Sequence record: PV946933.1
DNA from: a phage
Length of the DNA stretch: 64,000 bases
Reading direction: 5' to 3' (one strand)
Part shown: piece after piece, positions 52,512 to 62,169 of the stretch
Layout: each line of letters begins with the position of its first letter
Position numbering within the stretch: the stretch's first letter is position 1
Program-made: the position numbers and the translations under genes
Notes under the pieces: model-generated
The model's input: the letters and a program-made list of their open reading frames with translations, nothing else
Told to the model about the DNA's origin: nothing
Database searches by the model: none

Positions 52512-52806
52512 GATTGAAGTCTATGGAATTCCAGATGAAGTAGGTCGTTGTCCTGGATGTCAATCAGTTACAAAACTTCTAAAGGAGCTCAATGCTCCTT
52601 TTACTTTCTATAAAGTTCTTACAAATAATGGTAAGATTGAGTATGATCGCCCACTGATTGTATCTCTTGCTAAACGTGCTGGATTCACATCTCTTAACAT
52701 TCGTTATCCAGTCATTTTCATCAATGATTCTAGACAAAAGAACATTAAACACTTCAAAGAAACTCTCATTTCACTTGGATATGATAGAGATATCATAGAA
52801 GACTAA
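52483..52806 (+). CDS. nrdH: Glutaredoxin-like protein NrdH; no in-frame ATG, start provisionally GTG at 52483 (alternative ATT at 52513)
   Basis: ORF track frame 52354..52806; redoxin core KIEVYGIPDEVGRCPGCQSV with CPGC active site; no ATG precedes the redoxin domain without a long overlapping extension. Confidence 0.6.
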   Translation: MEQNSNLKNKIEVYGIPDEVGRCPGCQSVTKLLKELNAPFTFYKVLTNNGKIEYDRPLIVSLAKRAGFTSLNIRYPVIFINDSRQKNIKHFKETLISLGYDRDIIED

Positions 52807-52810
52807 GACG

Positions 52811-52830
52811 GGCCCTCTGGGCCTTTCTTT
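52811..52830 (+). terminator. Terminator-like hairpin GGCCC-TCT-GGGCC followed by T-rich run
   Basis: GC stem directly after nrdH stop followed by TTTCTTTCTC. Confidence 0.4.
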
Positions 52831-52904
52831 CTCATATTCTGTATATTACCATTCTAAGCTATCGTTCCCTTCTTATCATTCCCTAAAATAATTTTCACAA
52901 AGTT

Positions 52905-52934
52905 GTTTACAAGAAGTTTAAACTGTGGTATTAT
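52905..52934 (+). promoter_or_regulatory. T4-type early promoter
   Basis: TTTTCACAAAGTT-GTTTAC, 18 nt, TATTAT; upstream pyrimidine-rich block resembles the one before promoter 26186. Confidence 0.45.
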
Positions 52935-52964
52935 TAACATATAAATTGCCTTTGAGGATTTAAT

Positions 52965-53147
52965 ATGGTTGTGGTTGATAAAGAAATTAAAAAGGGACAA
53001 TATTATTTTATTAATGGTAATGTTGTTCGTGTTACTTATGTAAACGGTTTTGAAGTTTATTATCTTATACTCAAGTTACATAAACAGATGATTTGTGACC
53101 GTGCTGTATTTAGTTCAGTTGCTAAGGAAATTAAACTCCATGGGTAA
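52965..53147 (+). CDS. Hypothetical protein
   Basis: ORF track 60 aa; GAGGA RBS. Confidence 0.45.
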   Translation: MVVVDKEIKKGQYYFINGNVVRVTYVNGFEVYYLILKLHKQMICDRAVFSSVAKEIKLHG

Positions 53148-53433
53148 AACGTATCGTCGTAAAGATTTAAAAGTGCGTGATTATGACTATTTCGGAAAGC
53201 GTAAAGCTCCTGATGGTGTAAGTCATAAAGATATGGTTGAAAACATTTTTCGCTCAGATAAATGGCGTAGAATGAAAGGCATTGATTCAGAAGTTAAAGA
53301 TGAGTTAAATCGTCAATTACGTGGTGAAGTAAGAAAGTTGAAAAAATCAGTTTACATTGACGATGATTTTGATTACAATACTTCTCAACGAGTTGCTAAG
53401 CGTAAATCAAACGAGTGCTATCGTTACAGCTGA
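53140..53433 (+). CDS. Hypothetical highly basic protein
   Basis: ORF track frame 53095..53433; start at ATG after AAGGAAA RBS (MGKTYRRKDLKVRDY...). Confidence 0.45.
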   Translation: MGKTYRRKDLKVRDYDYFGKRKAPDGVSHKDMVENIFRSDKWRRMKGIDSEVKDELNRQLRGEVRKLKKSVYIDDDFDYNTSQRVAKRKSNECYRYS

Positions 53434-53440
53434 GGAAAAT

Positions 53441-53572
53441 ATGAATATCAAACGCATGCTTTTTAAACAAGGATTATACACTTTAAATGTTGCTCCAAAA
53501 GGCGATACGACCAAGTGGTTAGTAAATGACTGGATTAAATTCATTGATGAAAACGGTAACTGGAAAATTTAA
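53441..53572 (+). CDS. Small hypothetical protein (43 aa)
   Basis: ORF track frame 53357..53572; ATG after GAGGAAAA RBS. Confidence 0.3.
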   Translation: MNIKRMLFKQGLYTLNVAPKGDTTKWLVNDWIKFIDENGNWKI

Positions 53573-53773
53573 ATGAATCCTGAATCTAAATTATCGCAAC
53601 GAATTGCCGAAGCTCGTCGTCAGTTCTTTGAAAATATGATAGCCCAAGGTATTGATGACGAAGTTTTTCTGAACTGGTTTTGGAATCACAAATATTCAAG
53701 CTGTTCAGGGGCAATATTAATATCAGCCGCAATGATGTATGAAGGCTGGAAAGGTGCCAAACAGTTTAGCTAA
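53573..53773 (+). CDS. Hypothetical protein
   Basis: ORF track 66 aa. Confidence 0.45.
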   Translation: MNPESKLSQRIAEARRQFFENMIAQGIDDEVFLNWFWNHKYSSCSGAILISAAMMYEGWKGAKQFS

Positions 53774-53790
53774 GGGCTTCGGCCCTTTTT
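53773..53790 (+). terminator. Rho-independent terminator with C(UUCG)G tetraloop (AGGGC-TTCG-GCCCT + T5)
   Basis: Hairpin plus U-run directly after stop codon. Confidence 0.6.
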
Positions 53791-53825
53791 GGATAATAAA
53801 ATTTTAACGCAATTGAGGATAATGT

Positions 53826-54152
53826 ATGACTATTCAAATTAAAAACGCCATCAATTCTTATGCATATGATAAAGTAGTTTCTCTGCTAGAAAAAGGCGAT
53901 ATTGTAACTCCTCAAATTTTGGATAAATGGGAAAAAGAGCTTCATCAGACGATGAAACAGAATGATCAGAAGATTGGACGAAATACTGTCCGTGAATTGA
54001 TGGTTCAATATATCTTGTCAGAATTTGATGTTAAAGCTTTTGGTGTAGAATCTAAAGCTTATCAAAAGCATGAAATTTCTGATAAAACTATTCGTCGTAT
54101 GAAAAATCAACGCAAGAAAAAATTTGCTGACCTGAAAATTACTAAGGTATAA
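53826..54152 (+). CDS. Hypothetical protein
   Basis: ORF track 108 aa; GAGGATAA RBS. Confidence 0.5.
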   Translation: MTIQIKNAINSYAYDKVVSLLEKGDIVTPQILDKWEKELHQTMKQNDQKIGRNTVRELMVQYILSEFDVKAFGVESKAYQKHEISDKTIRRMKNQRKKKFADLKITKV

Positions 54153-54154
54153 TT

Positions 54155-54370
54155 ATGAACGAAGCTCTTATTAACGATTTACGTCTTGCCGGATATGAAG
54201 TAAATACAAACGGCATTGGTTTAACTCAAATTGAAGGAAACGGATTCATCCTTGAGTATGAATTTAGCCAATGGTGGTTATATGCCAATTACGGTAAACT
54301 GATTGAATATGTTGACCAATTTGATTCACTAGATGCAGCTCTTGAAGCGGCTAAGTTGATGAATGTATGA
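54155..54370 (+). CDS. Hypothetical protein
   Basis: ORF track 71 aa. Confidence 0.45.
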   Translation: MNEALINDLRLAGYEVNTNGIGLTQIEGNGFILEYEFSQWWLYANYGKLIEYVDQFDSLDAALEAAKLMNV

Positions 54371-54636
54371 AATTTATTAATATTTCTATTACTATTGAAA
54401 ATTATGGAATTTTCTATGTTGACCAATATATGAAAATTTCATTTTTCCCAAATAAGACTGGTGTTGGATATTGGGAAAGCCATGTTTCTGAATTAAATGA
54501 AAGCGAATATGTTAGCACACATGAAAAGTTTTTAGACTTTTTATATCATGCTGATTTAACTAGTCATTACATAGATATTCATGAATTTAAAAAGATGATG
54601 GAGAAAGTGTTCCAAGCATACTGTTTACTTAGATAA
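54367..54636 (+). CDS. Hypothetical protein
   Basis: ORF track 89 aa. Confidence 0.45.
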   Translation: MKFINISITIENYGIFYVDQYMKISFFPNKTGVGYWESHVSELNESEYVSTHEKFLDFLYHADLTSHYIDIHEFKKMMEKVFQAYCLLR

Positions 54637-54714
54637 CTGATATCCTCTATGCTTTAAGATAGATCTTCAAATATTATGATATAATAGATCTATGAATTGA
54701 GCTAAGAGGTGAAA

Positions 54715-55272
54715 ATGTCAGAAACTAAGCCTAAATATAATTACGTAAACAATAAAGAGCTTTTACAAGCTATTATTGATTGGAAAACAGAATTAGCAAA
54801 TAATAAAGACCCAAATAAAGTAGTTCGTCAGAATGATACTATCGGATTAGCCATTATGCTTATTGCAGAAGGCTTATCTAAACGTTTCAACTTTTCAGGA
54901 TACACCCAGTCTTGGAAACAAGAAATGATTGCAGATGGTATAGAAGCTTCTATTAAGGGGCTTCATAATTTTGACGAAACGAAATATAAAAACCCACATG
55001 CATATATAACTCAAGCTTGTTTTAATGCATTCGTCCAACGTATTAAAAAAGAGCGTAAGGAAGTTGCAAAGAAATATAGTTACTTCGTTCACAATGTCTA
55101 TGACAGTCGTGACGACGATATGGTTGCGTTAGTAGATGAAACTTTTATTCAAGACATCTACGATAAAATGACGCATTACGAAGAATCAACCTATAGAACA
55201 CCGGGGGCTGAAAAGAAAAGTGTTGTAGACGATTCTCCTAGTTTGGATTTTTTATATGAGGCTAACGATTAA
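54715..55272 (+). CDS. 55: Late-transcription sigma factor gp55
   Basis: ORF track frame 54709..55272; start at [17 protein letters not shown] (185 aa) after GAGGTG RBS; recognised as T4 gp55. Confidence 0.9.
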
Positions 55273-55474
55273 CCTCTCCGGATTCTTGGAAGAAATACCT
55301 GAAGTTGAAGCTATTCCCTATTTACTTAAAATGTATCTCAGGGAAGTTTTAGCTCTTGACATTGATATTGATCCAGAAAATCCGTATGATACCGCTTTTA
55401 AATCTAATGGTGTAGAATTAAACTATCGGTATCATTTAACAGATGATGATTTTTATTTTATATTAGAGAAATAA
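55256..55474 (+). CDS. Hypothetical protein (55.x position)
   Basis: ORF track 72 aa. Confidence 0.4.
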
Positions 55475-55475
55475 T

Positions 55476-55793
55476 ATGACTGATAAACCCGAAATTAATG
55501 ATGAAGTGGAAAAGCTTATTTCTTCTATTGAAGAAAAGAACCGTCTTGAAGCAGAAAGAAAAGCAAATAAGTTATTGTCTAAAAATAAACGCGAACTGAA
55601 CCGTCTTTATAAGCACGCTCAGATTGCAGCTGAAAACAATAATTTTGCTCAATACGAATATGCTATCAAGAAAAGTCGGGATATTCTAAAACAGCCATAT
55701 AACGATGAACTCATTAGTATTCTTTGGAAGACTACTAGATCGCAGATTGAGGATATGATTGATGCTTACACACGTAAAATTCAAGCGTCTTAA
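55476..55793 (+). CDS. Hypothetical protein (55.x position)
   Basis: ORF track 105 aa. Confidence 0.5.
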   Translation: MTDKPEINDEVEKLISSIEEKNRLEAERKANKLLSKNKRELNRLYKHAQIAAENNNFAQYEYAIKKSRDILKQPYNDELISILWKTTRSQIEDMIDAYTRKIQAS

Positions 55794-55965
55794 AATTAAT
55801 GCAGGATTTACTGAATCTTTGAACGGTCATCTTTGTGTGAAAATTTCTGAAAAAGAATACCATGATAGTTCAATTAAAGAAGTTAATCCTCCTATTGTAA
55901 GAGCAGACCCTAATATGAAAGTGTGGGTTGATTCTTATCAAGTCAAAAAATGGTGGCAATTGTGA
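55759..55965 (+). CDS. Hypothetical protein
   Basis: ORF track 68 aa. Confidence 0.4.
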   Translation: MMLTHVKFKRLKINAGFTESLNGHLCVKISEKEYHDSSIKEVNPPIVRADPNMKVWVDSYQVKKWWQL

Positions 55966-55968
55966 AAG

Positions 55969-56142
55969 ATGAACACCCAGACTTCCGAAATAGATTATAA
56001 TAAAATTCGTTCCTCTAAAGTAGAAATGATGAGACGCTTTAAAGAGGCTCACGATAAAGCTAAAGCAGAAGGAACTATAACATATAAGCGCATAAAATTT
56101 AGAAGCTCTAACGAGCCTTTGTATGGCGTATTATGCGGATAG
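55969..56142 (+). CDS. Small hypothetical protein (57 aa, below ORF-track cutoff)
   Basis: Hand-translated MNTQTSEIDYNKIRSSKVEMMRRFKEAHDKAKAEGTITYKRIKF...; ends in the UUCG hairpin; coordinates +/-1. Confidence 0.3.
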   Translation: MNTQTSEIDYNKIRSSKVEMMRRFKEAHDKAKAEGTITYKRIKFRSSNEPLYGVLCG

Positions 56143-56156
56143 GAGCTTCGGCTCCT
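56141..56156 (+). other. C(UUCG)G tetraloop hairpin AGGAGC-TTCG-GCTCCT
   Basis: Perfect stem with UUCG loop between small ORF and a-gt. Confidence 0.5.
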
Positions 56157-56208
56157 ATATTGCTTTATAAATTTTTGGTAAAATAAACCAAAACAATGAG
56201 GATATTAA

Positions 56209-57411
56209 ATGAAAGTATGTATTTTTATGGCTCGAGGTCTTGAAGGTTGCGGTGTAACTAAATTTTCTCTTGAGCAGCGTGATTGGTTTATTAAAAATGG
56301 TCATGAAGTAACTTTGGTTTATGCTAAAGATAAATCATTTACTCGTAATTGCGCGCATGATTATAAATCATTTTCAATTCCGGTTTTATTGGCAAAAGAA
56401 TACGATAAAACGCTTAAGCTGGTAAATGATTGTGATATTCTAGTTATCAATTCAGTTCCTGCTACTTCAGTCGAAGAAGACACAATTAATAACTATAAAA
56501 AAATTATTGATAACATTAAACCTTCGGTTCGTGTTGTAGTTTATCAGCATGACCATTCTTCTCTTTCTTTGCGTCGAAATTTGGGATTAGAAGAAACTGT
56601 TCGTCGAGCTGATGTTATTTTTAGCCATTCTGATAATGGTGACTTTAATAAAGTTTTGATGAAAGAATGGTATCCGGAAACTGTTTCTCTGTTTGATGAT
56701 ATTGAAGAAGCACCGACCGTATATAACTTTCAGCCTCCTATGGATATTGCGAAGGTTCGATCAACCTACTGGAAAGATGTTTCTGAAATTAACATGAATA
56801 TCAACCGTTGGATTGGTCGTACTACTACATGGAAAGGCTTTTATCAGATGTTTGATTTTCATGAAAAACATCTTAAACCTGCAGGACTAAGTACTATTAT
56901 GGAAGGTCTGGAACGTTCTCCAGCGTTCATTCCTATTAAAGAAAAAGGAATTCCATACGAGTATTATCGTCTTCATCAAGTAGACCAAATTAAAATTGCT
57001 CCTAATTTGCCGACGCAAATTCTTGACCGTTATGTAAATAGCGAAATGCTTGAACGCATGAGTAAATCCGGATTTGGTTATCAGCTGAGTAAGTTGGACA
57101 AAAAATATCTACAGCGTTCTTTAGAATACACTCATCTCGAGCTTGGTGCATGTGGAACAATTCCAGTATTTTGGAAATCTACTGGCGAAAATTTAAAATT
57201 CCGTGTTGATAATACTCCATTAATTTCACACGATAGCGGTATCGTTTGGTTTGATGAAAATGACATGGAATCAACATTTGAACGTATTAAAGAACTGTCA
57301 TCTGACCGAGCTCTTTATGATCGCGAACGCGAAAAAGCTTATGAATTTTTGTATCAGCATCAAGATTCAAGCTTCTGCTTTAAAGAACAGTTTGACATTA
57401 TTACAAAATAA
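56209..57411 (+). CDS. a-gt: DNA alpha-glucosyltransferase (hydroxymethylcytosine glucosylation)
   Basis: ORF track 400 aa; MKVCIFMARGLEGCGVTKFSLEQRDWFIKNGHEVT... recognised as T4 alpha-glucosyltransferase. Confidence 0.9.
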   Translation: MKVCIFMARGLEGCGVTKFSLEQRDWFIKNGHEVTLVYAKDKSFTRNCAHDYKSFSIPVLLAKEYDKTLKLVNDCDILVINSVPATSVEEDTINNYKKIIDNIKPSVRVVVYQHDHSSLSLRRNLGLEETVRRADVIFSHSDNGDFNKVLMKEWYPETVSLFDDIEEAPTVYNFQPPMDIAKVRSTYWKDVSEINMNINRWIGRTTTWKGFYQMFDFHEKHLKPAGLSTIMEGLERSPAFIPIKEKGIPYEYYRLHQVDQIKIAPNLPTQILDRYVNSEMLERMSKSGFGYQLSKLDKKYLQRSLEYTHLELGACGTIPVFWKSTGENLKFRVDNTPLISHDSGIVWFDENDMESTFERIKELSSDRALYDREREKAYEFLYQHQDSSFCFKEQFDIITK

Positions 57412-57426
57412 AGGGCTTCGGCCCTT
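57411..57426 (+). other. C(UUCG)G tetraloop hairpin AAGGGC-TTCG-GCCCTT after a-gt
   Basis: Perfect stem with UUCG loop overlapping the a-gt stop codon. Confidence 0.5.
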
Positions 57427-57450
57427 TAGCTTTATACGGAGTTTGATATA

Positions 57451-57591
57451 ATGATATTTCTTGGATATGTGATACTTTTTCTAGCGTTTTATCTATTCAC
57501 TAGAGCATGTTGGATTGGGTTCTTTAGCACTCCAGATGGATTTATTTCAATAATTTTATTTTGCATTTCAATGACGGTTCTTGATATATGA
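57451..57591 (+). CDS. Small hydrophobic protein (46 aa, below ORF-track cutoff)
   Basis: Hand-translated MIFLGYVILFLAFYLFTRACWIGFFSTPDGFISIILFCISMTVLDI; ATGA overlap with gene 47 start; coordinates +/-1. Confidence 0.3.
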   Translation: MIFLGYVILFLAFYLFTRACWIGFFSTPDGFISIILFCISMTVLDI

Positions 57592-58607
57592 AAATTTTAA
57601 ATTTAGGTGATTGGCATTTAGGCGTTAAAGCTGATGATGAGTGGGTTCAATCAATCCAGTTGGATGGAATTAAACAGGCGATAGAATATTCTAAGAAAAA
57701 TGGAATTACTACATGGATTCAATACGGCGATATTTTTGATGTGCGAAAAGCAATCACGCATAAAACTATGGAGTTCGCCCGTGAAATAGTTCAAATGCTT
57801 GATGATGCTGGTATTACCCTGCATACTGTTGTAGGAAACCATGATATGCACTTTAAAAATACTTTAACTCCAAATGCTTCTACTGAGCTTTTGGCTAAAT
57901 ATCCTAATGTTAAAGTATATGATAAGCCTACTACAGTAGATTTTGACGGGTGCTTAATTGATTTAATTCCTTGGATGTGTGAAGAAAATACCGGTGAAAT
58001 TCTTGAACATATTAAAACTTCATCTGCTTCTTTTTGTGTTGGTCACTGGGAACTGAATGGATTTTATTTTTATAAAGGAATGAAATCTCACGGCCTTGAA
58101 CCTGATTTCCTTAAGACTTATAAAGAAGTGTGGTCTGGTCACTTCCATACTATCTCTGAGGCTGCTAACGTCAGATATATTGGGACACCATGGACACTAA
58201 CTGCAGGTGACGAGAATGACCCTCGTGGGTTTTGGATGTTTGATACAGAAACAGAACGAATGGAATTTATTCCAAACAACACTACCTGGCATCGTCGAAT
58301 TCAATATCCATTTAAGGGAAAAATTGACTATAAAGATTTTACAAATCTGTCAGTACGTGTTATAGTAACTGAGGTAGACAAAAATCTAACGAAGTTCGAA
58401 TCTGAACTAGAAAAAGTTGTGCATTCATTACGAGTTGTGTCAAAGATTGATAACTCTGTCGAGTCAGATGATAGTGAAGAAGTTGAAGTTCAATCTCTTC
58501 AGACATTGATGGAAGAATACATTAATGCAATTCCAGACATCACTGATTCTGATCGCGAAGCACTTATTCAATATGCAAATCAGCTATATGTAGAGGCAAC
58601 ACAATGA
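57588..58607 (+). CDS. 47: Recombination nuclease subunit gp47 (Mre11-like phosphoesterase)
   Basis: ORF track 339 aa; calcineurin-like motifs GDWH, GDIFD, GNHD; synteny with 46. Confidence 0.9.
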   Translation: MKILNLGDWHLGVKADDEWVQSIQLDGIKQAIEYSKKNGITTWIQYGDIFDVRKAITHKTMEFAREIVQMLDDAGITLHTVVGNHDMHFKNTLTPNASTELLAKYPNVKVYDKPTTVDFDGCLIDLIPWMCEENTGEILEHIKTSSASFCVGHWELNGFYFYKGMKSHGLEPDFLKTYKEVWSGHFHTISEAANVRYIGTPWTLTAGDENDPRGFWMFDTETERMEFIPNNTTWHRRIQYPFKGKIDYKDFTNLSVRVIVTEVDKNLTKFESELEKVVHSLRVVSKIDNSVESDDSEEVEVQSLQTLMEEYINAIPDITDSDREALIQYANQLYVEATQ

Positions 58608-58867
58608 CTTTTGATGAATTTAAAAATGATATGATGAGTCAGCATTTTGAATGCGAAGTAAAAGATGATATTGGTCATAAAGAAATTATTGAATACTGGT
58701 TTGAACCACTAGAGGTTGAAGATAATTGTATTAAAAAGGTCACGGTCTGCACTGACTGGGCTGTATCTTTTAACTTCAACATTTTAGATAATGACACACC
58801 TAAATCATTACAAGATATGGCTGTATCTTGTATTAAGGATGCATACTGTGAAGTTTTCGACATTTGA
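58604..58867 (+). CDS. Hypothetical protein (46.2 position)
   Basis: ORF track 87 aa; ATGA overlap with gene 47 stop. Confidence 0.45.
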   Translation: MTFDEFKNDMMSQHFECEVKDDIGHKEIIEYWFEPLEVEDNCIKKVTVCTDWAVSFNFNILDNDTPKSLQDMAVSCIKDAYCEVFDI

Positions 58868-59054
58868 CATTAACGATGAATTCATAGCAAATATTGAATA
58901 CACCGAAGAAGATTCTAGATATGTTGGAATAATTTATATCACATCAAAAGCAGCACAAGGTGTTGTTTGCATGGCTGAATTTGATGAATACTTTTTAGAT
59001 TATGATGATATGATAGAATGGTCTAAAAGATACGTTAAAAGGAATCTTTTGTGA
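58839..59054 (+). CDS. Hypothetical protein (46.1 position; start uncertain)
   Basis: ORF track frame 58791..59054; internal ATG chosen. Confidence 0.3.
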   Translation: MHTVKFSTFDINDEFIANIEYTEEDSRYVGIIYITSKAAQGVVCMAEFDEYFLDYDDMIEWSKRYVKRNLL

Positions 59055-60733
59055 AGAATTTTAAACTAAACCGAGTTAGGTATCAAAATATAATGTCAGT
59101 AGGCGGAAATCCTATTGACATTCAACTAGATAAGGTTCAAAAAACTCTTATTACTGGACGAAATGGCGGTGGTAAGTCTACTATGTTAGAAGCCATCACA
59201 TTTGGGCTTTTTGGCAAGCCATTTCGTGATGTAAAGAAAGGTCAATTAATAAACAGCACAAATAAGAAAGAACTTTTAGTTGAACTGTGGATGGAATATG
59301 ATGAGAAAAAGTACTATATCAAAAGAGGACAAAAACCAAACGTTTTCGAAATCACCGTTAACGGTACACGTCTTAATGAATCTGCCAGCAGTAAAGATTT
59401 CCAAGCAGAATTTGAACAGCTTATCGGAATGTCATATGCCAGTTTCAAGCAGATTGTTGTCCTTGGTACAGCAGGGTATACCCCTTTCATGGGTTTGTCG
59501 ACCCCTGCGCGAAGAAAGCTTGTGGAAGACCTGCTTGAGGTAGGAACATTAGCTGAAATGGATAAGCTTAATAAAGCACTAATACGTGAATTAAATTCAC
59601 AAAACCAAGTGCTTGATGTTAAAAAAGATAGTATTATCCAACAAATTAAAATATATAATGATAACGTTGAACGCCAGAAAAAATTAACTGGTGATAACCT
59701 TACTCGTCTGCAGAATATGTATGATGATTTGGCGAAAGAAGCTAGAACGTTAAAATCGGAAATAGAAGAAGCTAATGAAAGATTAGTTAATATTGTTTTG
59801 GATGAAGACCCGACTGATGCATTTAATAAAATCGGTCAAGAAGCATTTTTAATTAAATCAAAAATTGACTCGTATAATAAAGTCATTAATATGTATCACG
59901 AAGGTGGATTATGTCCAACCTGTTTGTCACAATTAAGTTCCGGTGATAAAGTTGTTTCTAAAATTAAAGATAAAGTTTCTGAATGTACGCATTCATTTGA
60001 ACAGCTTTCAACGCATCGTGATAATTTAAAAGTTCTTGTTGATGAATACCGAGATAATATTAAAACCCAGCAGACGTTGGCGAATGATATTCGCAATAAA
60101 AAGCAATCCTTAATCACGACGGTAGATAAAGCTAAAAAAGTTAAAGCAGCTATAGAAAAAGCATCATCCGAGTTTATTGACCATGCTGATGAAATAGCAC
60201 TGCTTCAAGAAGAACTTGATAAAATTGTTAAGACAAAAACTAATTTAGTAATGGAAAAATACCATAGAGGAATTTTGACTGACATGCTCAAAGATTCTGG
60301 TATTAAAGGTGCTATTATTAAAAAGTACATTCCATTATTTAATAAGCAGATTAACCATTATCTTAAAATAATGGAAGCGGATTATGTGTTTACATTAGAT
60401 GAAGAATTTAATGAGACAATTAAATCCCGTGGTCGTGAAGATTTTAGTTATGCTTCATTTAGTGAAGGTGAAAAAGCACGAATCGATATTGCTCTTTTAT
60501 TTACTTGGCGTGATATTGCTTCTATCGTATCTGGTGTTAGTATTAGTACATTAATTCTTGATGAAGTGTTTGATGGGTCATTTGATGCCGAAGGTATTAA
60601 AGGTGTAGCGAATATTATAAATTCAATGAAAAATACTAATGTTTTTATAATTTCGCATAAAGACCATGACCCGCAAGAATATGGTCAGCATCTTCAAATG
60701 AAGAAAGTTGGTCGATTTACTGTAATGGTTTAA
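59051..60733 (+). CDS. 46: Recombination ATPase subunit gp46 (Rad50/SbcC-like)
   Basis: ORF track 560 aa; Walker A GRNGGGKST, central coiled coil with CPTC zinc hook, C-terminal ILDEVFDGSFD; GTG start with AAGGA RBS. Confidence 0.9.
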   Translation: MKNFKLNRVRYQNIMSVGGNPIDIQLDKVQKTLITGRNGGGKSTMLEAITFGLFGKPFRDVKKGQLINSTNKKELLVELWMEYDEKKYYIKRGQKPNVFEITVNGTRLNESASSKDFQAEFEQLIGMSYASFKQIVVLGTAGYTPFMGLSTPARRKLVEDLLEVGTLAEMDKLNKALIRELNSQNQVLDVKKDSIIQQIKIYNDNVERQKKLTGDNLTRLQNMYDDLAKEARTLKSEIEEANERLVNIVLDEDPTDAFNKIGQEAFLIKSKIDSYNKVINMYHEGGLCPTCLSQLSSGDKVVSKIKDKVSECTHSFEQLSTHRDNLKVLVDEYRDNIKTQQTLANDIRNKKQSLITTVDKAKKVKAAIEKASSEFIDHADEIALLQEELDKIVKTKTNLVMEKYHRGILTDMLKDSGIKGAIIKKYIPLFNKQINHYLKIMEADYVFTLDEEFNETIKSRGREDFSYASFSEGEKARIDIALLFTWRDIASIVSGVSISTLILDEVFDGSFDAEGIKGVANIINSMKNTNVFIISHKDHDPQEYGQHLQMKKVGRFTVMV

Positions 60734-60788
60734 TTTATAAGAGATTATGCTTTAATTTATTAGAGTATAATCTCTATGGAGGAAAAAC

Positions 60789-60977
60789 ATGGAATATTCA
60801 ACTGGACAGCATCTATTAACTATTCCTGAAATAAAACGATATATTCTGAGAAATAATTTTTCTAATGAAGAGCATATAGTTACTGAATCTATGCTTAAGA
60901 ATGCATTTAAAGCAGAATATACGAAAATAATGTCCAACAGAAATGAAGCTTGGACTGTTATTGATTATTATGACTAA
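60789..60977 (+). CDS. Hypothetical protein (45.2 position)
   Basis: ORF track 62 aa; GGAGGAAAA RBS. Confidence 0.55.
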   Translation: MEYSTGQHLLTIPEIKRYILRNNFSNEEHIVTESMLKNAFKAEYTKIMSNRNEAWTVIDYYD

Positions 60978-60986
60978 AGGTGTATT

Positions 60987-61376
60987 ATGACTAAAATTAC
61001 TGTGAATTATACTGTTGATGTAAAAGATATTCAGCCAAAACACGTGCGTTCTGAATCAAATCCACAAAACCAAAATAAAATTCGTCGAGCATGGGTTTTG
61101 TCTCTTTCTGATAATGCGATGGAAGTTATTCAGAGCAAAATTAAATCTGCACCTGCTCGTCATGCGTATTATGAAGCTATCGATCGTGAAGTGAGTGATA
61201 AATGGATTGAACTGATGCGCAAACATACGGCAGAATCTCTAAATGCTGGTGCTAAATTTATTATGACTTCATGCGGTGAACGCCTTGAAGATAATTATTG
61301 CGGTAATGCAGATGAACGTCTAATTGTTGCTGCTCAAATTGTTGCGGAAACAATTGCTGCTGATTTTAATCGTTAA
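60987..61376 (+). CDS. rpbA: RNA polymerase binding protein RpbA (by size and position)
   Basis: ORF track 129 aa immediately upstream of gene 45. Confidence 0.6.
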   Translation: MTKITVNYTVDVKDIQPKHVRSESNPQNQNKIRRAWVLSLSDNAMEVIQSKIKSAPARHAYYEAIDREVSDKWIELMRKHTAESLNAGAKFIMTSCGERLEDNYCGNADERLIVAAQIVAETIAADFNR

Positions 61377-61431
61377 TTGCTTTATTAAATTAGTTATAAA
61401 ATTAAATCTCATTTGAATTGAAGGAAATTAC

Positions 61432-62118
61432 ATGAAACTGTCTAAAGATACTACTGCTCTGCTCAAAAATTTCGCTACTATTAACTCCGGTATTATGCTT
61501 AAATCCGGTCAATTTATTATGACTCGCGCGGTTAATGGTACAACTTATGCAGAAGCAAATATTTCTGACACTATTGATTTTGATGTAGCAATTTACGATT
61601 TGAACGGTTTTCTCGGTATTCTGTCTCTAGTTAATGATGATGCAGAAATTTCCCAGTCAGAAGATGGTAATATTAAAATTGCTGATGCCCGTTCAACAAT
61701 TTTTTGGCCAGCAGCCGATCCGAGTACAGTAGTTGCTCCTAATAAACCAATTCCATTCCCGGTAGCATCTGTTGTTACTGAAATTAAAGCTGAAGACCTT
61801 CAACAGCTGTTGCGTGTATCTCGTGGTCTGCAGATTGATACAATCGCTATCACAGTAAAAGAAGGTAAAATCGTAATTAACGGTTTTAATAAAGTAGAAG
61901 ATTCTGCTTTGACCCGTGTTAAATATTCTTTGACTCTTGGTGATTATGATGGTGAAAATACATTTAATTTCATTATCAATATGGCAAATATGAAAATGCA
62001 ACCAGGAAATTATAAACTTCTGCTCTGGGCAAAAGGTAAACAAGGCGCTGCTAAATTTGAAGGTGAACACGCGAATTATGTAGTAGCTCTTGAAGCTGAT
62101 TCTACCCACGACTTTTAA
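61432..62118 (+). CDS. 45: DNA polymerase sliding clamp gp45
   Basis: ORF track 228 aa; MKLSKDTTALLKNFATINSGIMLKSGQFIMTRAVNGTTYAEA... recognised as T4 gp45. Confidence 0.95.
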   Translation: MKLSKDTTALLKNFATINSGIMLKSGQFIMTRAVNGTTYAEANISDTIDFDVAIYDLNGFLGILSLVNDDAEISQSEDGNIKIADARSTIFWPAADPSTVVAPNKPIPFPVASVVTEIKAEDLQQLLRVSRGLQIDTIAITVKEGKIVINGFNKVEDSALTRVKYSLTLGDYDGENTFNFIINMANMKMQPGNYKLLLWAKGKQGAAKFEGEHANYVVALEADSTHDF

Positions 62119-62121
62119 TAG

Positions 62122-62135
62122 AGGGCTTCGGCCCT
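62122..62135 (+). other. C(UUCG)G tetraloop hairpin AGGGC-TTCG-GCCCT after gene 45
   Basis: Perfect stem with UUCG loop in the 45/44 intergenic region. Confidence 0.5.
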
Positions 62136-62169
62136 TTATAATTTACACTAAAACTTGAATGAGGAAATT

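Noticed and set aside
53140-53433. Highly basic 97-aa protein as a possible homing endonuclease or DNA-binding mobile-element protein
   Set aside because: No GIY-YIG, HNH or LAGLIDADG motifs were visible; basic composition alone is not sufficient.
54649-54685. Possible MotA-box middle promoter (aTGCTTtA) upstream of gene 55
   Set aside because: Spacing between the box and any TATAAT-like hexamer is ambiguous (11 versus 21 nt); not reported as a feature.
57251-57451. ORF-track entry 57251..57451 (+) overlapping the 3' end of a-gt
   Set aside because: Out-of-frame overlap with a confidently identified gene; the short hydrophobic ORF starting at 57451 is the more plausible gene in this interval.
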